Source: Candidatus Altimarinota bacterium | GTDB taxonomy: Bacteria > Patescibacteriota > Gracilibacteria > CAIRYL01 > GCA-016699755 | Reading direction: 5' to 3' | DNA length: 64,000 nt | NCBI GenBank assembly: GCA_963664295.1 | Contig: OY760935.1 | Span: 288,001-352,000, forward strand | Part shown: positions 39,247-49,077 of the stretch, piece after piece | Numbering within the stretch: position 1 is the first letter of the stretch | Layout of the letters: each line of letters opens with the position of its first letter | Notes under the pieces: model-generated | Seen by the model: only the letters and a program-made list of their open reading frames with translations | Database searches by the model: none | What the model was told of the DNA's origin: nothing | Made by a program: the position numbers and the translations under genes

Positions 39247-39867
39247 TTAACTAAAAAGCATAGCTTTGATTGCATATTGTTCATATGAAGCATGTGCCTG
39301 AAGTGATAAAAACTTTAGATATGCTTGATAATCACTTGATCCGTTTTTTGTGTCTTTATTTTTTGCAAGTTTTTCGCAGTATTGCCAAAATTCTTTTTCA
39401 AAGATTAGCCTTAAGCCAACAGTTTCTAGCTTTTTTTTGATTTGCTCAACAGTATTGTGTATAAAATCAGCATCTTGAGTTAATAAGTCTTTTGCAACAG
39501 GACAAAACTTATTTTCTAGCGTTAAAACAGGTAGCTGATAGTCATATAAAAGAAAAGTCCAGTTTATTGGAAATTCCTTACAGCCTTCTGGTCTAGCTTC
39601 TTCAAGCAAACACTTATCCTTAAAACAACCTTTTACAAAACTTAAATTAGCGCCAGCAATATTTCTTGTTGTCATTTGCATTTGATGTCCTGTCTTTTTT
39701 TGCACTTCTGCTATTTTTTCTTTTATTATAGCCACATCTGCACCAAAAATAGGTAAAGTTGTAAATTTATCTTTGTTTTTGCAACAACCACCAATAGCAC
39801 ATTGGTCTTTTTGGCAAGTTTTCATCTCAAAAGGATCTATACTAACTCTATTCACATAAAGAAACAA
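39247..39867 (-). CDS. Cysteine-cluster protein (YkgJ/DUF3109-like); start uncertain
   Basis: CQKDQCAIGGCCK ... KCLLEEARPEGCKEFP ... FCP. Confidence 0.6.
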   Translation of the reverse strand: MFLYVNRVSIDPFEMKTCQKDQCAIGGCCKNKDKFTTLPIFGADVAIIKEKIAEVQKKTGHQMQMTTRNIAGANLSFVKGCFKDKCLLEEARPEGCKEFPINWTFLLYDYQLPVLTLENKFCPVAKDLLTQDADFIHNTVEQIKKKLETVGLRLIFEKEFWQYCEKLAKNKDTKNGSSDYQAYLKFLSLQAHASYEQYAIKAMLFS

Positions 39868-39967
39868 AAGGTAAAAATATTAACACAAAAACCTTATAAG
39901 TCAATACAATTAAGCTTGTTTATTGCCTTATAAAGCCGTAAAATAACTCGCGATATTTGTTTTAAAA

Positions 39968-40969
39968 ATGTTAAAAATAGGAATAAATGGCTATGGTCGT
40001 ATTGGTAGAAATGTACATAGATTATTAATGAATAATCCCAATGTTCAAGTAGTTGCAATAAATACCCGTGCAGATACAAAAATGCGTACACATTTATTAA
40101 AATATGATTCTTTACACGGCAAAGCAAATGCAGAAATAAGCCATGAAGGAGATATAATCACAGTAAATGGACAAGAAGTAAAAAATTTATCAATAAAAGA
40201 CGCAAAAGATATTCCTTGGGGTGAATTAGGAGTAGATGTAGTGCTCGAGAGCACAGGCAGAGCAAAAACACATGAAATAGCCTCAGAACACCTGAAAGGT
40301 GGTGCAAAAAAAGTGCTTGTATCAGCACCAATGAAAGACAACACACCAACTTTTGTATTTGGTGTAAACGAAGAGGGGATTACAGATGATCTTAAGGTAA
40401 TTTCCAATGCCTCTTGTACAACCAACTGTATCGCACCAGTTCTCAAGATTATTGGTGAAGAATATGGTATAGAAAATGTATTCATTACATCAATTCACAG
40501 CTTCACACATTCGCAAAATTTATTAGATAATTCTGGCAGAGACCTACGCAGAGCAAGAAGTGCAGTACAAAGCGTTATTCCAACCACAACCGGCTCTATC
40601 AAAGCCACAGCAAAAATAATACCGGAATTAGAAGGAAAAATAGACGGACTTGCCTTTCGTGTGCCAATTGCCACTTCTAGTGTTTGTGATGTGCGATTAG
40701 TGCTTAACAAAGAAACAACAGAAGAAGAATTAAACAATTTTATAAGCAGAAAAAAAGAAGAAGCAAGTCTAAAAAACATCATCGATACAACAGATGAAGA
40801 GCTTGTTTCAATAGATTTCAAAACAAACACCCATAGCTCAATTTTGGATACAAGCTTAACCAAAGTAATGGACGGAAAATACGTTCAACTTATGCTTTGG
40901 TATGATAATGAATGGGGATATGCTGCTCGTTTGGTTGATGTTTTAAATAAACTAGCAAGCTTTAAGTAA
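39968..40969 (+). CDS. gap: Type I glyceraldehyde-3-phosphate dehydrogenase
   Basis: GINGYGRIGR, ESTG, SNASCTTNC, WYDNEWGY. Confidence 0.97.
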   Translation: MLKIGINGYGRIGRNVHRLLMNNPNVQVVAINTRADTKMRTHLLKYDSLHGKANAEISHEGDIITVNGQEVKNLSIKDAKDIPWGELGVDVVLESTGRAKTHEIASEHLKGGAKKVLVSAPMKDNTPTFVFGVNEEGITDDLKVISNASCTTNCIAPVLKIIGEEYGIENVFITSIHSFTHSQNLLDNSGRDLRRARSAVQSVIPTTTGSIKATAKIIPELEGKIDGLAFRVPIATSSVCDVRLVLNKETTEEELNNFISRKKEEASLKNIIDTTDEELVSIDFKTNTHSSILDTSLTKVMDGKYVQLMLWYDNEWGYAARLVDVLNKLASFK

Positions 40970-40981
40970 GCTTCTTTATTA

Positions 40982-41482
40982 TTAGTCTTGTTGAGTCTTT
41001 AAGGCTTCCGTTCGTTTTTTAAGGTTTTCTTGGATTTCAAGTTCTCCTTGATATTCTGATAATGCTATCAGTGTTTCATCGCTTGTTTTGTTAGTAAGAT
41101 GTTTTAATGAAAGCTTTTTTCCTTTAAATTTTGCCAATTCTTTTGCTTCTTTTACTGTTAGATATTCAAAAACGAAACTAAGTTCTTCTGCTTGAAATTG
41201 ACTTATAATTTCAAATACATCTTGAGTTGGCTTATTTATGCCTAAGTTAATTGGGCATTTGAAAACTGCAAGTTCTTGAGCCACTGGAGCATGTAGGTTT
41301 ATAAGGCCATTTAAAAACATAATGTCATCTTCCGGAGTTATTTTCACAAGATGGTTTGCTATTTTTGGGGTTAATCTGCGTATGCTATTATATTCATTAG
41401 GGATAAGTCCATCAAATTGAGTAGATAAAATTTTATTATGTATTTTTATGTTTTGATCTGTTAATTCTGATGCCTCTTGGGT
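40982..41482 (-). pseudogene. Detached terminal repeat module of the upstream LRR-like protein
   Basis: Frame is open 45 codons upstream of the GTG at 41347, giving TQEASELTDQNIKIHNKILSTQFD..IRRLTPKIANHLVK, which matches the module head of the 1095-aa ORF. No ATG in that stretch; in-frame TAA at 41483-41485. Confidence 0.6.
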
Positions 41483-41492
41483 TTATGTTGGC

Positions 41493-44400
41493 CTAATAGG
41501 ATCTTGTAGTAGAAAGATTTTGTGTGCTTAATCTATCCATTCGATCCTGGATTGACCTTGGAACAGCCAGTTGGTTAGACTTATGACTTAATAATATTCT
41601 TAGTGTATTATCATCAACTTCTTTGAGTTTATCTAGTATGAGCCAAGCTTCTTTAAATTGTACTAATATTGTTGCAACAGGCTCATCTATTTCTTCAATA
41701 CCTAGTTGAAGAGTGCTTCCTCTGTATTTTATTATTTCTGTGGCTACTTTTGTGCTTATTTTTTTAACATTTGGCAAAGTAAGACCAGTACTTTTAGACG
41801 TTTTTTCATTAGCTTTTTCTATAATTTTTTTTGCCACATCTGGTGTCAAAGTTGTTAATTGTTTAAGGTCAAAGTCTTCAATCTTAAAATCATCAGCCAG
41901 AATTTGTTCGTGCAGTTTTTCTTGCTCTGTTAATGGTGCTACTGCATCCTCCATAGGAGCTTCTGCTGTTTCTTGGGGTTGAACTATTGGTGCAGTAGTA
42001 GTAGTAGGAGTAGTAGGAGTAGTAGGAGGAGGAGCTTGTTGTGGGTTTTTTTCTTTAAATGCATCTATGCGTGCTTTGATCTCCCCTGGAACAACAAGAT
42101 TGCCTTTGTATTGTGCTAATTCTCTAATTTCTTGATCGTTTACAATGCTAAGACCACTTAAAACAAGAGTGTTTCCCGTAAATCTTGGTAGTATTTTTAC
42201 CACTGATGTACGATTTGAATCAAATGATGTAATCTCAGGAAATCTTAATTCATCAAGACCTGCTTCATTAGCTTTTTGCACAATAATTGTTGCAGTTTTT
42301 GTAGTTAGCGATCTTAAATTCTCAAGATTAAATTCATTAATATCAAAATCATCAGCTTTAATGCGATCATGCAATACTTTATTCATTACCCATATAAGTC
42401 TAAAATGATGAAAACTGAGCTCACCTTTATATTTTGCCAATGCCATTAATATGTGCTTATCTCTTACTTCATAATCACCGCCTAAATGCAAAATGCTTCC
42501 ATTAAACTTTGCCAATGCTTCTGCTTCTTTGATGGTTATTTTTTTAAGACCACCTAAATAAAGTTTGTCCACTTTAATTCCTGCCAATATTTTTGCTATT
42601 TTGATGTTTATTTGCTTAAGGCCATTTAAATCAAGATTATCTCCTTTAAATTCTGCTAATTCTCTTGCTATTGTTTCATCTATGCTTGTAACTCTGCTCA
42701 AATAAAGGTTGCAACTTGCTTCATTGGCTTTTTTTACAAGTTGTTTTGTCACATTTGGTGTTAAGGTTGTTAGTTGTTTAAAGTTAAACTTTGTAATATC
42801 AAAATCATCAGCCAAGATTTGCTTGTGCAATAAGTCATTCATGCGTTCTCTGATGCTATCTGGAATATGAAGTCGGTTTTTATATTTTGTTAATGCTATT
42901 AACGCATCATCACTTGTTGTATTTGTAAGGCCATTTAAGTGAAGATTACTTGTTTTGGCTTTTGCTAATGCTTGTGCCATTGGCTCTTCTATTTTTTTGA
43001 TTCCATTTAATGTAAGCTTAGATCCTGCAAAATTTGCTAATGTTTGTATAGTTTTGAGGTCTATATCTTCAAGTGCATCTAAACAAAGACTTGCTCCATA
43101 AAACTCTATTAATACTTTTGCTACTGCTTCATTAATGTTTTTAACATTAGTCAATTTTAATTCACGCAAATCTGTTTTATTAAGCCTTTCTATAAGCTTT
43201 TTCGCCACATTCAATGGTAAAGTTGTAAGTTCCGTAAGATTAACTTGTGTAATATCAAAATTATCATTTAGAATTTGCTGATGTGCTTGCAGATTTGGCG
43301 TTTGTATCTTTGTAGTTTCTTGTCTTGCTGGGGAGGCAGATGGCCAATTGCTTGCATTGTAAATCAAATTAAAAGTGCATTTTCTTCCAGCAATATCAAG
43401 AGTCACCACTACATTTTTTGTTAAGCCTTCTATTTCTAAAAGTTGATTTTCTGTTATTGTAATTTTTTTAGCTCCGTCTGATGGTTCAAATTTGTCAACC
43501 GTAGCTCTGATGCCTTCTTTAATACTATCTTGAGTAAGGCAAACAATTTCCGTTAAGGGAGTGGTCTTACCGGCAGCATATTCTTTTTTTATTAAGAAAC
43601 TTTTTTGATAAGTCCAGCCTTCTTTTTTATTGCCTAATTCATACCAAGACGCAATTGTTCCTCCTCCTTCTTTGTCTTTTTTATATAGTCCTATATGTGT
43701 TAATTTTTGTAACACTGAAAGATTATCAATATTTAGTCCACCGCCATTTAAATGAGTAAGCTCTGAAAAATTTTGTAGCTGTTCTGCTGTAACTGAACAA
43801 TTATTAAAAATATTGACGTAAAAAATTCTACCATTTTTAATTTCAATTGCGTAAACAGTTTCCATTATTGCTCTTAGTGCATTTTTATCATCTTCATTTT
43901 GCAGTTTTTCAATTACAGGATTCCAGTTCTGCTGCTCTTTTGGCTTAAGGAATCCTGACTCAATTAGGCCGAATTTATCAAGCTTAATTGATTCAGGATC
44001 TTTAAATAATTCTTTGAATTTATCTAGTTCATCAGCAGGGTTGGCAGAAATGTGGTCAAGTGATTTTAAAATACTTTTAAAATCAAATTTATCTGATAAG
44101 GATTGTCTTTCTATTTCAAACTCTCTAATTTTTGAGTCAACTTCATATTTTACTGTCAGAGTATTTATATCACTTGGGTGACCACTAATATAAAGTTCAT
44201 AATTTCTATATTTTATGATGCCTGAAAAACCTGTTTCGTCACCACTGTAATGAGTAAGTTTCAATGTATCTGGCAAGCTTGCTTTAATATTTGCTTCTAT
44301 TTCTTCTATTTTGATCGCAGATGCTTCTGTAGACTCTAATGATCTTAGAGTTTGAACAATTTTTGGTGTTGTGTTTTTTCCTGGCCATCCATCTGTGGCA

Positions 44401-44780
44401 ATTGTGCTCTCAGGATGATCTTTATTCCATTTATCTTGGAAGGCTATTACAGCATTTCTTGTATTGGCACCAAAAAGTCCATCAATTTTGCCAACTTGCC
44501 CACCATATCCCAAATAACAAAGACCTTGTTGTAATGCATAAACATAAATAGGAGAATTATTAGGCATTTTATTCTTTTTACTCCAGTTAACATTTTCTAT
44601 TTCTTCAAGTTTTGATGCACATTCAGATGGACTCAAAACCTTTTGTGATAATTGATTTAAACTATCTTTAACCCAGGGTATCATTTCGTTTTTTTCAAGT
44701 ATGTTGTCGCTACAATTGAATGGTTGTTCCTCAAGTTGCTCAAGGATCAATTTGTTTTCTGTAAAAAATTTTCTTTTCAT
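41493..44780 (-). CDS. Peptidoglycan-binding domain protein with LRR-like tandem repeats
   Basis: VYALQQGLCYLGY..IDGLFGANTRNAVIAFQ..DGWPGKNT (PG_binding_1-like); ~24-aa repeats L.L.GL..I....A..LA.F.G; four HxxILxDxFxI module heads; Pro/Thr linker. Confidence 0.75.
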   Translation of the reverse strand: MKRKFFTENKLILEQLEEQPFNCSDNILEKNEMIPWVKDSLNQLSQKVLSPSECASKLEEIENVNWSKKNKMPNNSPIYVYALQQGLCYLGYGGQVGKIDGLFGANTRNAVIAFQDKWNKDHPESTIATDGWPGKNTTPKIVQTLRSLESTEASAIKIEEIEANIKASLPDTLKLTHYSGDETGFSGIIKYRNYELYISGHPSDINTLTVKYEVDSKIREFEIERQSLSDKFDFKSILKSLDHISANPADELDKFKELFKDPESIKLDKFGLIESGFLKPKEQQNWNPVIEKLQNEDDKNALRAIMETVYAIEIKNGRIFYVNIFNNCSVTAEQLQNFSELTHLNGGGLNIDNLSVLQKLTHIGLYKKDKEGGGTIASWYELGNKKEGWTYQKSFLIKKEYAAGKTTPLTEIVCLTQDSIKEGIRATVDKFEPSDGAKKITITENQLLEIEGLTKNVVVTLDIAGRKCTFNLIYNASNWPSASPARQETTKIQTPNLQAHQQILNDNFDITQVNLTELTTLPLNVAKKLIERLNKTDLRELKLTNVKNINEAVAKVLIEFYGASLCLDALEDIDLKTIQTLANFAGSKLTLNGIKKIEEPMAQALAKAKTSNLHLNGLTNTTSDDALIALTKYKNRLHIPDSIRERMNDLLHKQILADDFDITKFNFKQLTTLTPNVTKQLVKKANEASCNLYLSRVTSIDETIARELAEFKGDNLDLNGLKQINIKIAKILAGIKVDKLYLGGLKKITIKEAEALAKFNGSILHLGGDYEVRDKHILMALAKYKGELSFHHFRLIWVMNKVLHDRIKADDFDINEFNLENLRSLTTKTATIIVQKANEAGLDELRFPEITSFDSNRTSVVKILPRFTGNTLVLSGLSIVNDQEIRELAQYKGNLVVPGEIKARIDAFKEKNPQQAPPPTTPTTPTTTTAPIVQPQETAEAPMEDAVAPLTEQEKLHEQILADDFKIEDFDLKQLTTLTPDVAKKIIEKANEKTSKSTGLTLPNVKKISTKVATEIIKYRGSTLQLGIEEIDEPVATILVQFKEAWLILDKLKEVDDNTLRILLSHKSNQLAVPRSIQDRMDRLSTQNLSTTRSY
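42001..42027. repeat. (GTAGTAGGA)3 coding tandem repeat, Pro/Thr linker
   Basis: Encodes PTTPTTPTT on the minus strand. Confidence 0.8.
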
Positions 44781-44869
44781 GTTTATTTTTGTTTAATCAT
44801 ATCATTATAACACAATTTATTCGTAAATGTAAAGAAAAAGCAGGTTTTAGCCTGAAATAAACTTCATTA

Positions 44870-44898
44870 TTGACAAATAAATAAAATTATGTTAAATT
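44870..44898 (+). promoter_or_regulatory. Sigma70-type promoter
   Basis: TTGACA (44870-44875), 17-nt spacer with extended -10 TG, TAAATT (44893-44898). Confidence 0.6.
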
Positions 44899-44907
44899 CC
44901 TAAACTA

Positions 44908-45004
44908 TTCTTTGACAATTTGTTAATAGAAAGCGGATTGCCTGCTTTAAATACTGCGACGCAAAGCGCATGCGCAAAAACAAAAGTAGGTAATCCGTCT
45001 TTTT
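44908..45004 (+). promoter_or_regulatory. Structured 5' leader or small RNA candidate
   Basis: boxA-like TTCTTTGACAA, then a 16-bp stem 44933-44948/44983-44998 with three G-U pairs, followed by CTTTTT. Confidence 0.5.
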
Positions 45005-45043
45005 ATCACAATAAATCCAATAAATAAAAGAAAGGAGGAGGTT

Positions 45044-45358
45044 ATGAAAAAGATTTTAAATAGGTCATGTTTAGCTACGAAAAAGCTAATCGAAAACAAA
45101 ACCGGAATTCCGATAAAATTCGTCATGGGAACGCCTTTTATTTGGAACTTTCAGCAATCATTTGCGGTTTTTTTGGTTTTTACCTGGGTTGCAGGAGTAA
45201 TTGAGACTTGCTATGTAGGATACTACATGACAAAGGTAGGAATCAAAAAAGAGCCTACTGCAATGTTTCAAAAGATACTCAGCATCTTTATGTGGGCCAC
45301 GATATTGACAGCGGGCTTGTATATGGAACTTTTTATGCATTGTGAGTTTTTATGGTAG
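45044..45358 (+). CDS. Small orphan membrane protein (2 predicted TM)
   Basis: Strong SD AAGGAGGAGG before the ATG, two hydrophobic segments, own promoter and terminator. Confidence 0.65.
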   Translation: MKKILNRSCLATKKLIENKTGIPIKFVMGTPFIWNFQQSFAVFLVFTWVAGVIETCYVGYYMTKVGIKKEPTAMFQKILSIFMWATILTAGLYMELFMHCEFLW

Positions 45359-45366
45359 ATAGACGG

Positions 45367-45418
45367 AAAAGGGAACGAGCCGGCGGCTTTACAGCACCCG
45401 GCTCGGCCCTCTTTTTTT
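45367..45418 (+). terminator. GC-rich intrinsic terminator after the small membrane gene
   Basis: AGGG-aa-CGAGCCGG..GCT-ttac-AGC..CCGGCTCG-g-CCCT-CTTTTTTT. Confidence 0.75.
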
Positions 45419-45426
45419 GTATATAT

Positions 45427-45458
45427 AAAAAAACCTTGCTCAGAAAAGCAAGGTTTTT
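45427..45458 (-). terminator. Terminator of the V-ATPase operon
   Basis: AAAAAAACCTTGCT-cagaaa-AGCAAGGTTTTT, ~25 bp after the subunit B stop. Confidence 0.8.
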
Positions 45459-45482
45459 AAAACTTACAAATAAACACAAGAT

Positions 45483-46856
45483 TTATTTCATATATTTTTC
45501 AACCATATCAGCCTTAACACGCTTAAGCTCTTGTTTAGGTAATATTTTTAATAATTCCCAACCAATTTCAAGAGTTTCTTCAATGGAACGATTTTCTTGT
45601 TCACCCTGGCGAACAAACTTATCTTCATATTCTTCAGCAAATTTCAAATAAGCTTTATCAGTGTCATCAAGAGCAGATTCACCAAGAACAACAGCAAGCT
45701 CACGCACATCTTTACCACGAGCATAAGAAGCAAAAAGCTGATCTTTTAAACCTGAGTGATCCTCACGAGTTTTACCCTCACCAACACCAGCACTCCACAA
45801 GCGAGAAAGAGAGCGAAGCACATCAACAGGTGGGAAAATACCTTTTTGATACAAAGAACGATCAATCACAAACTGTCCTTCTGTAATATAACCTGTCAAA
45901 TCAGGAATTGGATGAGTAATATCATCTTCTGGCATGGTTAAGATAGGAATTTGTGTCACAGAACCATCTTTTCCTTTAATACGCCCAGCTCTTTCATAAA
46001 TAGTAGAAAGATCAGTATATAAATAACCAGGGTAACCACGACGACCAGGAATTTCTTTACGAGCCGCAGAAACCTCACGCAATGCTTCACAATAGTTAGT
46101 CATGTCAGTAAGAATAACCAAAACATGCATATTTTTTTCATAAGCTAAATATTCCGCAACAGTAAGAGCTAAACGAGGGGTAGCAATACGCTCAACCACC
46201 GGATCAGCCGCAGTGTTAATAAAAAGTACGGAATTCTCAAGAGCACCAGCTTTTTCAAAATCTTTTTGGAAGTATTGTGCTTCCTCAAAAGTCACACCCA
46301 TAGCACCAAATACCACAGCAAAGCTAGAGCCATCTTTCACAGCAGCCTGACGAGCAATTTGAGTAGCCAATCTGTTGTGTGGAAGACCAGAACCAGAGAA
46401 GATAGGCAATTTTTGACCACGAACCAAAGTATTCATGGCATCAATAGTGGAAACACCGGTTTGAATAAAGTCATTCGGAAAAGCGCGAGAAACAGGGTTA
46501 ATAGGAGCACCATTAATATCTACCTTTTTTTCAGGGATAATTTCAGCACCACCATCAATTGGTTTACCAGAGCCATTAAAAACGCGTCCAAGCATGTCAT
46601 TAGAAACACCGATTTGCATCGGTTCTCCAAGGAAACGTACTTTTGTTTCAGCTGTTTGAATTCCACGAGTTTCTTCAAACATCTGCACAACAGCACGATC
46701 TGATGCTGCCTCAAGAACTTTTCCAAGTCTTGTACGGTTTTCACCAGGTACTTGAACTTCAACAAGCTCATCATAGCCAACTTTGGCATCTTCTGGTAAT
46801 CCTACTATCAGTAGCGGACCTGCTACCTCTTGTACTGTTTTGAATTGTGTTTGCAT
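45483..46856 (-). CDS. ntpB: V/A-type ATP synthase subunit B
   Basis: [51 protein letters not shown]. Confidence 0.97.
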   Translation of the reverse strand: MQTQFKTVQEVAGPLLIVGLPEDAKVGYDELVEVQVPGENRTRLGKVLEAASDRAVVQMFEETRGIQTAETKVRFLGEPMQIGVSNDMLGRVFNGSGKPIDGGAEIIPEKKVDINGAPINPVSRAFPNDFIQTGVSTIDAMNTLVRGQKLPIFSGSGLPHNRLATQIARQAAVKDGSSFAVVFGAMGVTFEEAQYFQKDFEKAGALENSVLFINTAADPVVERIATPRLALTVAEYLAYEKNMHVLVILTDMTNYCEALREVSAARKEIPGRRGYPGYLYTDLSTIYERAGRIKGKDGSVTQIPILTMPEDDITHPIPDLTGYITEGQFVIDRSLYQKGIFPPVDVLRSLSRLWSAGVGEGKTREDHSGLKDQLFASYARGKDVRELAVVLGESALDDTDKAYLKFAEEYEDKFVRQGEQENRSIEETLEIGWELLKILPKQELKRVKADMVEKYMK

Positions 46857-46890
46857 TGTTAATTAGAAATAGTTTAGTTATTTGTAAAAA

Positions 46891-48654
46891 TTATCCTCTC
46901 AATTTCAAAATTTCTTCTTCCACTCTTTTTGCAAGATCTGCAAATTTTTCAGGTTGATCAGCAGGAATATCCTTTGCTTTTACAACCTCTTGTAAAACAG
47001 GAAGTTCTTCAAGATTTTTAAATTCAAAATCTTCACCCTCAATAACTTTTCTGCCAGCTTTATAAATAGTGACAATAGCTTTCAAGATACCATATTGTTT
47101 AGAAAGGGAAGTATAAGCATCTTCTTTGTCAAAAGCATTTTGGAAAAGGAAATCCTCACGAACAGATTTAGCAGTAAGAAGAACTAATCTTTCACGACTT
47201 GATAAAGCTTCCATACCAACCAATTTTACAATTTCTTCTAATTTTGCTTCTTCTTGCAATAGGTTCATAGCTTCTGTACGCACCTCTGAATAATCTGGAG
47301 CAACTTCTTTTGCCCAGAATTCTTTTACATTATCAGTATAAAGAGTATAACTTGTTAACCAGTTAATAGCAGGGAAGTGCCTTTTATAAGCTAATGCAGC
47401 GTCTAATCCCCAGAATGTTTTTGTCACACGGAGTGTGTTCTGTGTCACAGGCTCAGAAAGATCACCACCTGGAGGAGAAACCGCTCCAACCACTGTTAAA
47501 GTACCTTTTCTGTCATCAGAACCAAGACATTCAACAGCACCAGCTCTTTCATAGAAACTAGCTGTTCTTGAGCCTAAATAAGCTGGATAACCTTCTTCAC
47601 CTGGCATTTCTTCTAAACGACCAGAAATTTCACGCATAGCCTCAGCCCAGCGAGAAGTTGAATCCGCCATCAAAGCAACATTATAGCCCATATCACGATA
47701 ATATTCAGCAATAGTAATACCAGTATAAATAGAAGCTTCACGAGCCGCCACTGGCATATTAGAAGTATTAGCAATCATTATTGTACGTTTCATTAATGGT
47801 TCACCTGTGTTTGGATCTTCCAAATGAGGAAATTCATTAAGCACCTCTGTCATCTCATTACCACGTTCGCCACAACCAATGTAAACAATTACCTCAGCAT
47901 CGCAATATTTGGCTAAAGATTGCTGTGTCACTGTCTTACCAGCTCCAAAAGGGCCAGGAATACAAGCAGCGCCACCTTTTGCAACTGTAAAGAAAGTGTC
48001 AATTGTTCTTGTTCCTGTAATAAGTGGAATTTGTGGAACAAATTTACCTTTCACAGGGCGTGGTTCACGAATTGGCCATTCTTGTAACATGGCAATTTCA
48101 TGTTTTGTGCCATTATCATCAATAACAGCAATAGTTTCTTCTATTGTATGATCTCCGCTTTTAATTTCTTTTATAACTCCGTTAATTCCAGGAGGAACCA
48201 TAACTTTATGCTTAATCAATACTGTTTCTTTAACCTCACCAATAACATCACCTTCTTTAACAGTGTCACCTGTGCTTACAGTTGGTTTAAAATCCCACTT
48301 TTTTGTACGAGAAACACCTGGAACATCAATACCACGAGCAATAAATGCAGAACCAGATTCTTTTTCTATAAGCTGTAGAGGTCTTTGAACACCATCGTAA
48401 ATAGACTCCAAAAGTCCAGGAGCAAGTTCAACCACCATAGTTTGTCCAGTTGCACTAACTGGCTCACCAGGTGTCACACCAGATGTGTCTTCATATACCT
48501 GAATAGAGGCTTTGTCGCCATCAAGTTCGATAATTTCACCCACCAAATTAGCATCAGATACGCGCACAACCTCAAACACTTTTGCGCCAGACATACCATC
48601 TGCAATAACCAATGGACCTGCTACACGAACTATTTTTCCTTTAATTTGTGACAT
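46891..48654 (-). CDS. ntpA: V/A-type ATP synthase subunit A
   Basis: [51 protein letters not shown]. Confidence 0.98.
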   Translation of the reverse strand: MSQIKGKIVRVAGPLVIADGMSGAKVFEVVRVSDANLVGEIIELDGDKASIQVYEDTSGVTPGEPVSATGQTMVVELAPGLLESIYDGVQRPLQLIEKESGSAFIARGIDVPGVSRTKKWDFKPTVSTGDTVKEGDVIGEVKETVLIKHKVMVPPGINGVIKEIKSGDHTIEETIAVIDDNGTKHEIAMLQEWPIREPRPVKGKFVPQIPLITGTRTIDTFFTVAKGGAACIPGPFGAGKTVTQQSLAKYCDAEVIVYIGCGERGNEMTEVLNEFPHLEDPNTGEPLMKRTIMIANTSNMPVAAREASIYTGITIAEYYRDMGYNVALMADSTSRWAEAMREISGRLEEMPGEEGYPAYLGSRTASFYERAGAVECLGSDDRKGTLTVVGAVSPPGGDLSEPVTQNTLRVTKTFWGLDAALAYKRHFPAINWLTSYTLYTDNVKEFWAKEVAPDYSEVRTEAMNLLQEEAKLEEIVKLVGMEALSSRERLVLLTAKSVREDFLFQNAFDKEDAYTSLSKQYGILKAIVTIYKAGRKVIEGEDFEFKNLEELPVLQEVVKAKDIPADQPEKFADLAKRVEEEILKLRG

Positions 48655-48710
48655 GGCTTTAGTTTTAAAAATTACAAAATATTTATTAAATTAATTAAAA
48701 ACAAAATTTT

Positions 48711-49067
48711 TTATGAATCGCCAAAAATATCAGTACCAACGGCTTTTTCAACAATACTGCGGATTTTAGTTTCACCAAAACCACTAGCACCTTTATGACC
48801 AGGTAAAGATATAATAGCTGGCAAAGCACCAGCAGTGAGTTTTTTTAGATCATCTTCACTAACTTCTTTCATTATATCCTCCATAACAAAAGCAATTGCA
48901 TATAGAGGAGGGGAGTTTTCATCATTATTATCTTGGCGTGCTTTTTTAATGTCAAATAAGGTTGAAATAGCATGCTCTACATCTTTTGTAGGAAAAATCT
49001 GCACACCAACAGCAGAAAAACCAATTATTTCTTCTTTTTTGCCAACAATAGCAATCTTATATTTCAT
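48711..49067 (-). CDS. V/A-type ATP synthase subunit F
   Basis: KIAIVG..IIGFSAVG, PAIISLPG, IVEKAVGTDI; position between C and A. Confidence 0.9.
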   Translation of the reverse strand: MKYKIAIVGKKEEIIGFSAVGVQIFPTKDVEHAISTLFDIKKARQDNNDENSPPLYAIAFVMEDIMKEVSEDDLKKLTAGALPAIISLPGHKGASGFGETKIRSIVEKAVGTDIFGDS

Positions 49068-49077
49068 TATTATCTTT

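Noticed and set aside
44933-44998. tRNA or known riboswitch class
   Set aside because: No cloverleaf, T-loop or recognisable aptamer consensus; kept only as an unclassified structured leader.
45352-45651. 99-aa ORF as a partner (antitoxin) of the small membrane gene
   Set aside because: Reads through two terminator hairpins and overlaps subunit B antisense.
46891-48654. Intein in V-ATPase subunit A
   Set aside because: 587 aa is the normal length and the sequence is continuous through GPFGAGKT.
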